From: an uncultured Chloroflexia bacterium
GTDB taxonomy: Bacteria; Chloroflexota; Limnocylindria; QHBO01
Length of the DNA stretch: 64,000 bases
Reading direction: 5' to 3'
Assembly: GCA_963825525.1 (NCBI GenBank)
Contig: CAWGTN010000002.1
Location: 1,408,001-1,472,000, forward strand
Below, in pieces: positions 33,592 through 41,715 of this stretch. Positions within the stretch are counted from its first letter, which is position 1; every line of letters starts with the position of its first letter. The notes below the pieces were generated by a model that did not search any database, was not told the origin of the DNA, and was given only the letters and a program-made list of their open reading frames with translations. Position numbers and translations under genes: made by a program.

Positions 33592-34664
33592 CAGTTGTCC
33601 ACCGTGATCGTTGTGGTGAGGCACGGGCGCAACAGCCCCGCGGTAATGCTCTGCGAGACGACCGTGTAGTCATTGCCCGGCGGTCGCACGGGCGTGAAGT
33701 TCACGGCTGAGAAGCCCGCGCTCGACCATCTTCCCTGGGCTGCGGTGATCGGCACACCCGTGAGTACCGGGACCGTGCACTGGGCGGCCGGCGTGGCAGT
33801 CGGTGACGCGCTCGGCGACGGAGAAGGGGAGGGAGAGCCCGGGCTGGGCGTCGGCGTCGCGGTGGGCACCGGCGTCGGGCTGGGAGTCGGGCTGGGAGTC
33901 GGCGTCGACATCACCGTGCTGGAGACCAGGATCGACTGGGTCAGACACGACCCAACCGTCCCGGCCGGTACGCTCTGCCACACGATGTTCTGCCCGTTGC
34001 CACCATTCGTCGAGAGATTCGCCGCAGAGAATCCCGCGATGGTCGCCCAGACATTCTCGGCGCCGCTGATCTTGGTGGGTCCGGTCGTGAAGTTCGGGAC
34101 CGTACAACTCGACGGTGCCGGCGTTGACGTCGGCGCGGTTGTCGGAATCGGGACCGTGCCGGAACCGGTCTCGAACGAGGTGACGACCACGGCCGTCGAG
34201 GACGAGCTCAGTGTCAGGGTCCCGCCCACCAGTGAACTGATCAGCGGGGTGACGAGCGTGAACGGCGTCTTGCTGGCGACGTAATACAGGTCGCCGTCCT
34301 CGCAGTCCGCAAGCGTCTTGCCCGCACCAGTGAAGACGGTGGTGCCGGGTGCGAAGCACTTGGCAACGAAGCTCTGAAGGGTCAGGCCGTTCAGCTCGAC
34401 CTCGACCCGCGACTCGACGTTATGCGGGTCGACACAGTCAGCCGTGGTCGTTGCACACTCGGGCTCGCGCGCACCGAAGAAGGCCCCTTCCTTGACGGCA
34501 TTCTCGAGGGCCACCGAGGAGAAATAGGCCCTGCCGAGGTCCACGGTGCCGAGCACCAGGACCAGCATGACCGGGAGCAGAAGTGCGAACTCGACGAAGC
34601 TCTGGCCCCGTGCGGATCGCACCCTGGCCGTGAGCTGGGTCAGCGTCGTTCGGATCGAATTCAA
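33591..34664 (-). CDS. tadE: TadE-like minor pilin with two PASTA-like domains and Pro/Thr/Ser linker, cassette 1
   Basis: RG|QSFVEFALLLP; two CTVP...AGF...QS..AG repeats; TTG start inferred. Confidence 0.82.
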   Translation of the reverse strand: MNSIRTTLTQLTARVRSARGQSFVEFALLLPVMLVLVLGTVDLGRAYFSSVALENAVKEGAFFGAREPECATTTADCVDPHNVESRVEVELNGLTLQSFVAKCFAPGTTVFTGAGKTLADCEDGDLYYVASKTPFTLVTPLISSLVGGTLTLSSSSTAVVVTSFETGSGTVPIPTTAPTSTPAPSSCTVPNFTTGPTKISGAENVWATIAGFSAANLSTNGGNGQNIVWQSVPAGTVGSCLTQSILVSSTVMSTPTPSPTPSPTPVPTATPTPSPGSPSPSPSPSASPTATPAAQCTVPVLTGVPITAAQGRWSSAGFSAVNFTPVRPPGNDYTVVSQSITAGLLRPCLTTTITVDN

Positions 34665-34694
34665 GGGGAACCTGCAAATGCGTGATCGATCCCC

Positions 34695-34727
34695 AACGTA
34701 TGGGGCCGACCTTGCGGGGTGCCTTGC
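34695..34727 (-). promoter_or_regulatory. cassette-1 promoter motif GCAAG-N7-GCAAGGT-N8-TACGTT
   Basis: Same spacing as three other copies; 30 nt upstream of the start codon. Confidence 0.72.
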
Positions 34728-34895
34728 GAAGGTCGGAACGATCGGCGTCTGCTGGCAGTACGAAGGTCCCGGCGGTCCGCACCGGACCGACCCGCATGCC
34801 ATCGGAGGCCACAACAGGCCCCGATCACGTGGTGACGCGGCGCACCGGGGCGGACGAGACGCCGGGTCGGCGGACCCGGGACTTCGGTACTGCCT

Positions 34896-34928
34896 GTAAG
34901 CAGTACGGCAAGGTCAATCCGGTAGGTT
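34896..34928 (+). promoter_or_regulatory. cassette-2 promoter motif GTAAG-N7-GCAAGGT-N8-TAGGTT
   Basis: 31 nt upstream of GTG 34960. Confidence 0.72.
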
Positions 34929-34959
34929 GCGAACTGAGACCCGAGATTGAGATTCCGCC

Positions 34960-35943
34960 GTGCACGCCCTACGCAACCTCGCGCGACGCAGCTCGCGCGC
35001 CCAGGCCCTTGCCGAATTCGCCCTCGTCCTGCCCATCATCATCCTGCTTCTCGCGATGGCGATCGACCTTGGCCGCGTGTTCTACGGATGGGTGTCCATC
35101 CAGAACGCGGCCCGCGTCGGCGCGTCCTACGCGGCGTCAAACGCTGATGCGTGGGAGTCGCCGGCGGACGCGACACGGCAGGCCCGCTACGCGACCCTGA
35201 TCCAGAATGACCTCCAGGCACTGAACTGCGCGCTCGGGGCCGTCCCGCCACCGGCCTTCGATGACCTCGACGCCGATGGAACCTACGACACCGGCGAACC
35301 GGTCGCCGTCGCGCTGGACTGCGAGTTCAGCCTCATCACGCCGATCGGCCAGACAATCCTCGGGCCAGTGAACCTCGGAGGGGAGGCGACGTACCCCGTT
35401 CACTACACGGTCGTCACCGCGCTTCCGTCGCCACCTCCACCGCCGCCACCACCGACGTGCACGGTTCCCGGCACCGTCGGCCAGTCCCGGAACACCGCGC
35501 GAAGCCTGTGGACCGGAGCGAGCTTCCAGTCCGGCAATTTGATCGAGACCACGAACGGCAACTTCACAGTCGCCACCCAGAGCCAGACGGCGGGGGCGTC
35601 GATCCCGTGCACGTCATCCATGACGATTTCCCCGGCGGCCGGACCGACGCCGACTCCGGCGGGATGCACCAAGCCGGTGGCCCAGTTCACCGGCACGCCG
35701 ACAGTCGGTAAGTCGACGCTGAACGTTCAGTTCACGGATCAGTCGACGAGCGCAGGTTGCCCGATCCTGTCGTGGAGCTGGAACTTCGACCCAGGGTCCT
35801 CCAGCCTTCAGAGCCCGAGCCACGGGTTCGTCTGGGACGGCAATGGACAGTCGACGAAATTCAAGGTCACCCTCACCGTCACGAACGCCGCCGGGTCTGA
35901 TGTGGAAACAAAGAACAACTACATCCAGGCAAACAAGCCATGA
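34960..35943 (+). CDS. tadE: TadE-like minor pilin with PASTA-like and PKD domains, cassette 2
   Basis: RA|QALAEFALVLP (Ala rather than Gly at -1); poly-Pro linker; CTVP; PVAQF..VQFTDQS..WSWNF (PKD). Confidence 0.85.
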   Translation: MHALRNLARRSSRAQALAEFALVLPIIILLLAMAIDLGRVFYGWVSIQNAARVGASYAASNADAWESPADATRQARYATLIQNDLQALNCALGAVPPPAFDDLDADGTYDTGEPVAVALDCEFSLITPIGQTILGPVNLGGEATYPVHYTVVTALPSPPPPPPPPTCTVPGTVGQSRNTARSLWTGASFQSGNLIETTNGNFTVATQSQTAGASIPCTSSMTISPAAGPTPTPAGCTKPVAQFTGTPTVGKSTLNVQFTDQSTSAGCPILSWSWNFDPGSSSLQSPSHGFVWDGNGQSTKFKVTLTVTNAAGSDVETKNNYIQANKP

Positions 35944-36386
35944 CGCTGATGCGCGGCCGTGATCGCGGTCAGACGATGGTCGAGCTGGCCCTCGTGCTGC
36001 CGCTCCTCATCCTGCTCATCGCCGGGATCTTCGACTTCGGCCGTGCGATTTACGGCTACAACACCGTCATCAATGCGTCGCGCGAGGCCGCACGCGTGGC
36101 CATCGTTCACCAGACGGCCGGCACCATCGAGCAGCGGGCAGTGGACCACGCCGTAGCCCTCGGACTCAGCGCGACCGATGTCTCCATCGACTACCGCACC
36201 GCCGCCGCTCCGGAAACACCGGGCTCATGCGACTCGAGGCTCGGAACCCCCCAGATCGTGGGATGCACCGCCGTTGTTCGTGTCGACTACACCTATGAAG
36301 CCTCGATTCCGATCATCACCGCCCTGGTCGGGTCGATCGACCTGGCCGGCGAAACACGATTCCCCGTGGAGCACAACGCTCCATGA
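35940..36386 (+). CDS. tadE: TadE-like minor pilin, cassette 2
   Basis: RG|QTMVELALVLP..FDFGR..SREAAR. Confidence 0.88.
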   Translation: MTLMRGRDRGQTMVELALVLPLLILLIAGIFDFGRAIYGYNTVINASREAARVAIVHQTAGTIEQRAVDHAVALGLSATDVSIDYRTAAAPETPGSCDSRLGTPQIVGCTAVVRVDYTYEASIPIITALVGSIDLAGETRFPVEHNAP

Positions 36387-37585
36387 CACCCAGGAGACTG
36401 AACCCGATGGACCGATACTTCCGCTCAGGCACCGGCTCGCGATCGCGTGAGGGGCAGGTGCTCGTCATCGTGGCCGCGGGCATGTTCGTGCTCATCGCCA
36501 TGGTCGGGCTGATCATCGACGGCGGCAATGCCCTGGCTCAGCAGCGCCGCGCGCAGAACGCGGCCGATGGGATTGCCATGGCTGGCACCGCGGTCATCCA
36601 GGACTACCTCAGCGACGCGGCAACGCCGCCGACTGCGGGCGACGTGGGGTGCGCCGTTGAGACCGCAGCAGACGCACACGAGATCGACCTCGAGAAGGCC
36701 GAGTTCACGGACTTCAACGGCACCATCGTCGGCCTCGTGCCCGCGTGCGGGTCCGGTGCGGGGATTCCGGCGGGGAGCCAGGGCGTCAAGGGCTCGAGCA
36801 CCGAGGACTTCGAGACGTTCCTCATGCGTGCGGTCGGTTTCGGCACCATGACGACGAAGGCGAATGCCACCGCTGTTGTGGGAACACCGTCCGGCGTGTG
36901 CCCGGCCAGTGCCGGGTGCGGCGTGCTCCCGGTCACCTTCCCGCGCACGATCGACACCTGCGACGGGACGAACACCGGGATCGTCGGCGAGGACGAGTGG
37001 GAGATACTGGACGAGGACGCGGTGCTGGATAGCAGCAATCTCGCCATCGTTCCGCTCTGCAAGAAGGCACCGGGCGCCACCGGCTGGCTGGACTTCGGAT
37101 GCGGCAACCTCGCAGACCACATCACGAACCCGTGCAACCAGTACATCAACATCCCGGCATGGCTTCACACCAGCCCGGGCAACCCGAACTGCTGCGAGAA
37201 CCAGCTGAATGCGTACGCGGGCTCGTCGCCCGGCGTTGCCGAAACGGCCGACCAGGTCCTCTACGTCCCGATCCACGACAACACGTGCGGCACCAAGCCG
37301 GCGGACTCCGACCCCGTCTGCCCGGGCGGCAATTGGACCGGTGGAGGTGACCTCCTCCATTACCACATCCCGTATTGGGTCGGATTCAAGCTCGATGGCG
37401 CATTCACCCAGGGGAGTGACGTCGAGTGCAACGAACTCCCGGGCACGCCGTTTTCGGGTGGCAACGGGGCCACCGGCTGCCTGAAGGGATGGTTCGTCTC
37501 GAAGGTCACCGCCCCCGGACCAATCAGTACCGTGGTGATCAACCCCGGAGATCCGGTGGCCCTGGCCATCGCCCTGATCGACTAG
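36383..37585 (+). CDS. tadG: TadG-like Cys-rich minor pilin, cassette 2
   Basis: EG|QVLVIVA..IDGG..AQNAADGIAMAG. Confidence 0.83.
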   Translation: MTPRRLNPMDRYFRSGTGSRSREGQVLVIVAAGMFVLIAMVGLIIDGGNALAQQRRAQNAADGIAMAGTAVIQDYLSDAATPPTAGDVGCAVETAADAHEIDLEKAEFTDFNGTIVGLVPACGSGAGIPAGSQGVKGSSTEDFETFLMRAVGFGTMTTKANATAVVGTPSGVCPASAGCGVLPVTFPRTIDTCDGTNTGIVGEDEWEILDEDAVLDSSNLAIVPLCKKAPGATGWLDFGCGNLADHITNPCNQYINIPAWLHTSPGNPNCCENQLNAYAGSSPGVAETADQVLYVPIHDNTCGTKPADSDPVCPGGNWTGGGDLLHYHIPYWVGFKLDGAFTQGSDVECNELPGTPFSGGNGATGCLKGWFVSKVTAPGPISTVVINPGDPVALAIALID

Positions 37586-37845
37586 CCGCGCCGGGCCGGG
37601 CCAAAATCCGCCCGGCCACTCGGCAGCCCAGTCTCTCCGTGCGCCGCGCAACCCATTTTGGGTGGCGCGGCGTTCTGGCGTCCCGCGGCGATTCGCCACC
37701 GCTAACCCTGCGAGACACCTCAGATCGCCAGGTCCCCTAACAAGATTCAGTGTTGTGCGTTGTCGCAGAGCGTGTACTGTCACAACGGATACCGCCGAAC
37801 TTCGTTAGGGTCCGTGTTGCCACAATGCACCGAGATTCGTGGTTT

Positions 37846-37878
37846 GCAAGGTCAGCTGCAAGGTTGAATGCCTACATT
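37846..37878 (+). promoter_or_regulatory. cassette-3 promoter motif GCAAG-N7-GCAAGGT-N8-TACATT
   Basis: 8 nt upstream of ATG 37887, a near-leaderless arrangement with no RBS. Confidence 0.72.
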
Positions 37879-37886
37879 CGCGAGCG

Positions 37887-38774
37887 ATGACACGAGAATC
37901 TGAACCCGGCGCGACATCGGCCGCCCGCCGCGGCCAGGCCCTGGTCGAGCTTGCCCTGATCGCCCCTGTCCTGCTGCTCCTGCTCATCGGAGCGATTGAC
38001 CTGGGCCGCGTCTGGCAGTCACAGATCACCATCAACAATGCCGCCCGCGAAGGCGCGATGGAAGGGATCTTCCAGCCGAACTCATTCATCGCCGGTACGG
38101 CGTGCACCTCGGCCAACCAGGACTCGAACCGGATCATGTGCCGGGTCGTGAACGAGGTACGCGACTCGAGCATCACCGTGACCCCGGCAGACGTGGCGAA
38201 GTCCTGCAGCCCGTCGTGCACGCCGGGCAGCGTGGGCGCCCCGAGCACGTTGACGGTGACCGTTACGGGCCACTTCTCCCTGCTCACGCCGCTCATGGCC
38301 GTCTTCACCGGTGGCCAGGACATCACCCTCACGGCGGCCGCAGACGCGACGATTGCCATGACCCCGACCGGCGGCCCGGTCGCGACCCCCAGCCCGAGTC
38401 CGAGTCCGACGCCGACGCCGACGCCGACGCCGACTCCGACAGGCAGCCCGGGCCCGTCACCGACGCCAACCGCAACGGCAAGCCCAACGCCCCCACCGCA
38501 ACCGTGTGTGGCCCCGGTTGCGAATTTCAGCGTCAGTCCGGCCACGGGCAAGAAGAAGAAGACCGACTTCGCATTCACCGATTCTTCGACGAACATGGCG
38601 AACCCGGCCTGCAACCGGATCTGGTCGTGGAACTTCGGCGACGGAACCGGTGCTTCCTCGTCGCAGAACACCGTCCATCAGTACGACTCGGCGGGCACCT
38701 ACACGATCACCCTGTCGGTATCCAACAGCGCCGGCACCTCGACGTTCCAGCGGTCGGTCATTGTCACGCAGTAA
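37887..38774 (+). CDS. tadE: TadE-like minor pilin with (PT)n linker and PKD domain, cassette 3
   Basis: RG|QALVELALIAP; PVANF..FTDSS..WSWNFGDG..HQY..AGTYTITL. Confidence 0.87.
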   Translation: MTRESEPGATSAARRGQALVELALIAPVLLLLLIGAIDLGRVWQSQITINNAAREGAMEGIFQPNSFIAGTACTSANQDSNRIMCRVVNEVRDSSITVTPADVAKSCSPSCTPGSVGAPSTLTVTVTGHFSLLTPLMAVFTGGQDITLTAAADATIAMTPTGGPVATPSPSPSPTPTPTPTPTPTGSPGPSPTPTATASPTPPPQPCVAPVANFSVSPATGKKKKTDFAFTDSSTNMANPACNRIWSWNFGDGTGASSSQNTVHQYDSAGTYTITLSVSNSAGTSTFQRSVIVTQ

Positions 38775-39210
38775 GTCGTTGCGCGCCAAGCCAGCGCACA
38801 GCGAGAAGGGCCAGGCGATGGTCGAGTTCGCCCTCACGGTCGTCATCTTCATCGGCCTCCTGCTGGGCGTGCTCGATTTCGGCCGAGCGATCTTCATGTC
38901 GAACGGCGTCGCCGAGGCGGCGCGCGAGATCGCCCGCGTTGCGAGCGTGCATCCGGGGAACCCGATCTCGAACCCATCAGCCGATACCCAGCAGGTGATC
39001 GCGGGGCAGCGCAGCATCATCTTCGATCTCGCGAACCCGACGATGACGTGCGTCGACATCACCGGCCAGCCAGCTGCCACCCCGACCGGTGCCTGCCTTC
39101 CCGGCAATTGGGTGAAGGTCGAGATCCACGCTCCCTACAGCCCGGTGACACCAATCTTCAACCTGATGGCCATCGACCTCGAGTCGACCAGCAGCGTGCA
39201 AATACCGTGA
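38761..39210 (+). CDS. tadE: TadE-like minor pilin, cassette 3
   Basis: KG|QAMVEFAL..LDFGR..AREIAR; start approximate. Confidence 0.85.
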   Translation: MSRSKSLRAKPAHSEKGQAMVEFALTVVIFIGLLLGVLDFGRAIFMSNGVAEAAREIARVASVHPGNPISNPSADTQQVIAGQRSIIFDLANPTMTCVDITGQPAATPTGACLPGNWVKVEIHAPYSPVTPIFNLMAIDLESTSSVQIP

Positions 39211-39230
39211 AGTCAGAGGTACGCCCAGCC

Positions 39231-40170
39231 ATGCATCCCGAATTTGCCGATGGAGACCGAGAGCGCGGGCAGATCCTCGTCATCTTTGCTCTCGCGCTCG
39301 TCGCGATCGTCGCCATGGTGGGCCTGGTGATCGACGGCGGTTCGGCCTTCGCCCAGCGCCGTTCACAGCAGAACGGTTCGGACCTTGCGGCCATGGCCGG
39401 CGCGAACACCTACCTGCTTACGAACAGCAACGCGTCGACGATCAGTGCGGCCCGAGAGGTTGCCCGCCAGAACGGGTGGGAGCACGGCGTCGGCGGTGTC
39501 GTCGTCAATGTGAGCATCGACACGTCCAACGGGGCGGCCGTCACGGTCGAGGTCGACGCCCCACACGACAACTACTTCGGCGGCATCGTCGGGTTCGACA
39601 CGATGGATGTTGGCACCACTGCCACCGCGGTTGGTGGTTTCCCCGATACCGTGGAGGGCGCGGCGCCGATGATCTTCAGCATCGACGCATTCAACGCCGA
39701 TGGTTCGCCGAAAGCAGCCTACGGGAACTCCGGCGCCCCATTTGCGTTCGGCGAGACGAACGGAGACGTGCCCACAGGACCTGGTGATCTTGCGTGGACG
39801 AACTACGGGACCGGCAATGTCAATACGAACGACGTCCGACAGATCATCCGAGGCAACCTCGTCATCAATAAGACGCTCGACATTCGGTGAGTACATCGGT
39901 CAGCACAACAACGGCAATCACACCGCGCTGTTCGGCGAGGTGAACTCCTACCTGGCGGGCATGGACGTCCCGGTCCCCGTCGTTGATCACAACGGCAATT
40001 TCCAGGGGTGGGCTACGTTCCACATCGTCTCGGCGTCGGGTGGCAGCGCGAAGGATGTCGTCGGGTATTTCAAGAGCTCGTTCGTGAGCCAGCGGCTGTC
40101 GATCGGCGGCTGCGCGGCAAATGACTGCCCGCGCTACCTGGGTTCGTACGTCCTCAAGCTCACCGACTGA
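39231..40170 (+). CDS. tadG: TadG-like minor pilin, cassette 3 (frameshift near 39885)
   Basis: RG|QILVIFAL..IDGG..QNGSDLAAMAG. Confidence 0.83.
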
Positions 40171-40197
40171 CGCCAAGGGAACAGTCCCGACAACGCC

Positions 40198-40225
40198 AAA
40201 GCCGGTCGAGGAATCGACCGGCTTT
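40198..40225 (+). terminator. Rho-independent terminator after cassette 3
   Basis: AAAGCCGGTCGA-GGAA-TCGACCGGCTTT perfect stem. Confidence 0.8.
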
Positions 40226-40432
40226 CGCTTGCGTCCGTCTTGCTCAGGGAGCACGCAAGCCAACGCACGCCGCACCAGGTTTGTTACTGGCAGCGACGTG
40301 CGCCACAAGTACTGCGACGGACCCCACGCGACCCGACCGCCGCGCCACAGACCCCACGCGTCGCGAGCTCGTTTGGCCGTCGATTTTCCTATCGCTTGCT
40401 CGGTACAGGCTGCCTACGGTGCACCTCAGATG

Positions 40433-40465
40433 GCAAGCAAGACCGCAAGGTGGCGGGCATAGCCT
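40433..40465 (+). promoter_or_regulatory. cassette-4 promoter motif GCAAG-N7-GCAAGGT-N8-TAGCCT
   Basis: 29 nt upstream of GTG 40495. Confidence 0.72.
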
Positions 40466-40494
40466 CAGGGCATCTACCTTTTCAGGAGCCAGGC

Positions 40495-41118
40495 GTGCAG
40501 ACGATCGTTCGATTTCGGAGCCAGCGAACCCGGGACGGTGTCCGGTCCGAGCGTGGACAGTCCGCCGTCGAGTTCATCCTGGTCTTCCCGATCTTCATCC
40601 TGATCATCATCGGCCTCATGGAGTTCAGCCTGGCGTTCAACGCGCTCATCGGCGTGAACTTCGCCAGCCGCGACGCGGCACTCCTGGCCGCCGAGGCCGC
40701 CGCCGACGCGGGCGCCGATTGCGTGATCCTGAAGAGCGTGGAGTCGGACATCAACGCGCCGGCCGACCGCGACCGAATCACCGAGGTCCGCGTCTACTGG
40801 GCCACCGACACCGGGGCCATGATGCCCGGCAACCCGGTCAACGTGTACCGCCGGACGGGCAGCACCACCTGCACGACGCCCGGCGGATCGATCATCACGG
40901 TTCCGTACTCCCTGGTCGGTGTGGCCGGCTACCCGGTGAGCATCCGCTGCGACGTCATCGGCGGCTGCGGCGGCTCCCATGACACGGTCGACACGATTGC
41001 CGTCCAGGTCCGGTACACCCACGTCTGGGCCACGCCGCTGGCCCGGCTCGTGTCGCTGGGCGGCACAGGGTTCTCGTTCGAGCACACCAACGCCATGCGC
41101 ATGGAGCCATCGCTGTGA
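40495..41118 (+). CDS. tadE: TadE-like minor pilin, cassette 4
   Basis: AGGAG RBS; RG|QSAVEFILVFP..ASRDAA. Confidence 0.85.
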   Translation: MQTIVRFRSQRTRDGVRSERGQSAVEFILVFPIFILIIIGLMEFSLAFNALIGVNFASRDAALLAAEAAADAGADCVILKSVESDINAPADRDRITEVRVYWATDTGAMMPGNPVNVYRRTGSTTCTTPGGSIITVPYSLVGVAGYPVSIRCDVIGGCGGSHDTVDTIAVQVRYTHVWATPLARLVSLGGTGFSFEHTNAMRMEPSL

Positions 41119-41705
41119 GAGCCCTTCTCGCGCACCGCTACCGGCGCGACGCTCGCGGCCAGTCGCTGGTCGAGATGATCCTCATCCTCCCCGTGCTGCT
41201 CATGCTCACCATGGGCACGCTCGAGTTCGGCTTCGCGTTCGATCATCACATCACCCTCGAGTACGCGAGCCGCGAGGGCGCCCGCACCGGAGCTGCCCTC
41301 TCGAACGGTGCCGGCGACGCAACCCGCTGCGCAGCCATCGATCCGCAGATCATTGCTGCGGTCCAGCGCGTCCTCGACAGCCCGAGCTCATCGGTCGACC
41401 TGGCGGAGGTCCCCGAGGTTCGGATCTTCCGTGCCGGAACCAACGGGCAGGAGCTGGGACCCGTGAACCGATGGCGGTACGCCCCCGGCGCCGGCCCGAC
41501 CGTTGACGGGCAGCGACTCGACTTCGTCGAGGTCTCTGCCAGCTGGCCGGCGTGCTCGCGCCTCAGCCAGCCCAACCCGGATTCGATCGGGGTCAGCCTG
41601 ACCTACACCTACCGCTTCCAGACGCCGATGACCGGCCTGCTCGGAATGGCATCTATCAACATGGGCGACAAGACGGTCATGCCGCTCGCGCCCACGGACT
41701 ATTGA
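41115..41705 (+). CDS. tadE: TadE-like minor pilin, cassette 4
   Basis: RG|QSLVEMILILP..ASREGAR. Confidence 0.87.
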   Translation: MRALLAHRYRRDARGQSLVEMILILPVLLMLTMGTLEFGFAFDHHITLEYASREGARTGAALSNGAGDATRCAAIDPQIIAAVQRVLDSPSSSVDLAEVPEVRIFRAGTNGQELGPVNRWRYAPGAGPTVDGQRLDFVEVSASWPACSRLSQPNPDSIGVSLTYTYRFQTPMTGLLGMASINMGDKTVMPLAPTDY

Positions 41706-41715
41706 GGTCCCGCAC

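Noticed and set aside
34755-34893. Invertible promoter switch between the divergent cassettes (18-bp inverted repeats, 15/18 match)
   Set aside because: The mismatches fall in the central would-be crossover core, no recombinase is nearby, and each cassette has its own promoter motif outside the segment. Treated as regulator sites.
40431-40470. c-di-GMP-I riboswitch-like GGCAA...GCAA pattern (also GCAAA..GGAA before flp)
   Set aside because: The P2/P3 pairing and GCAAAG element are not satisfied, and the 40433 sequence is better explained by the four-copy promoter motif. An Infernal search would settle it.
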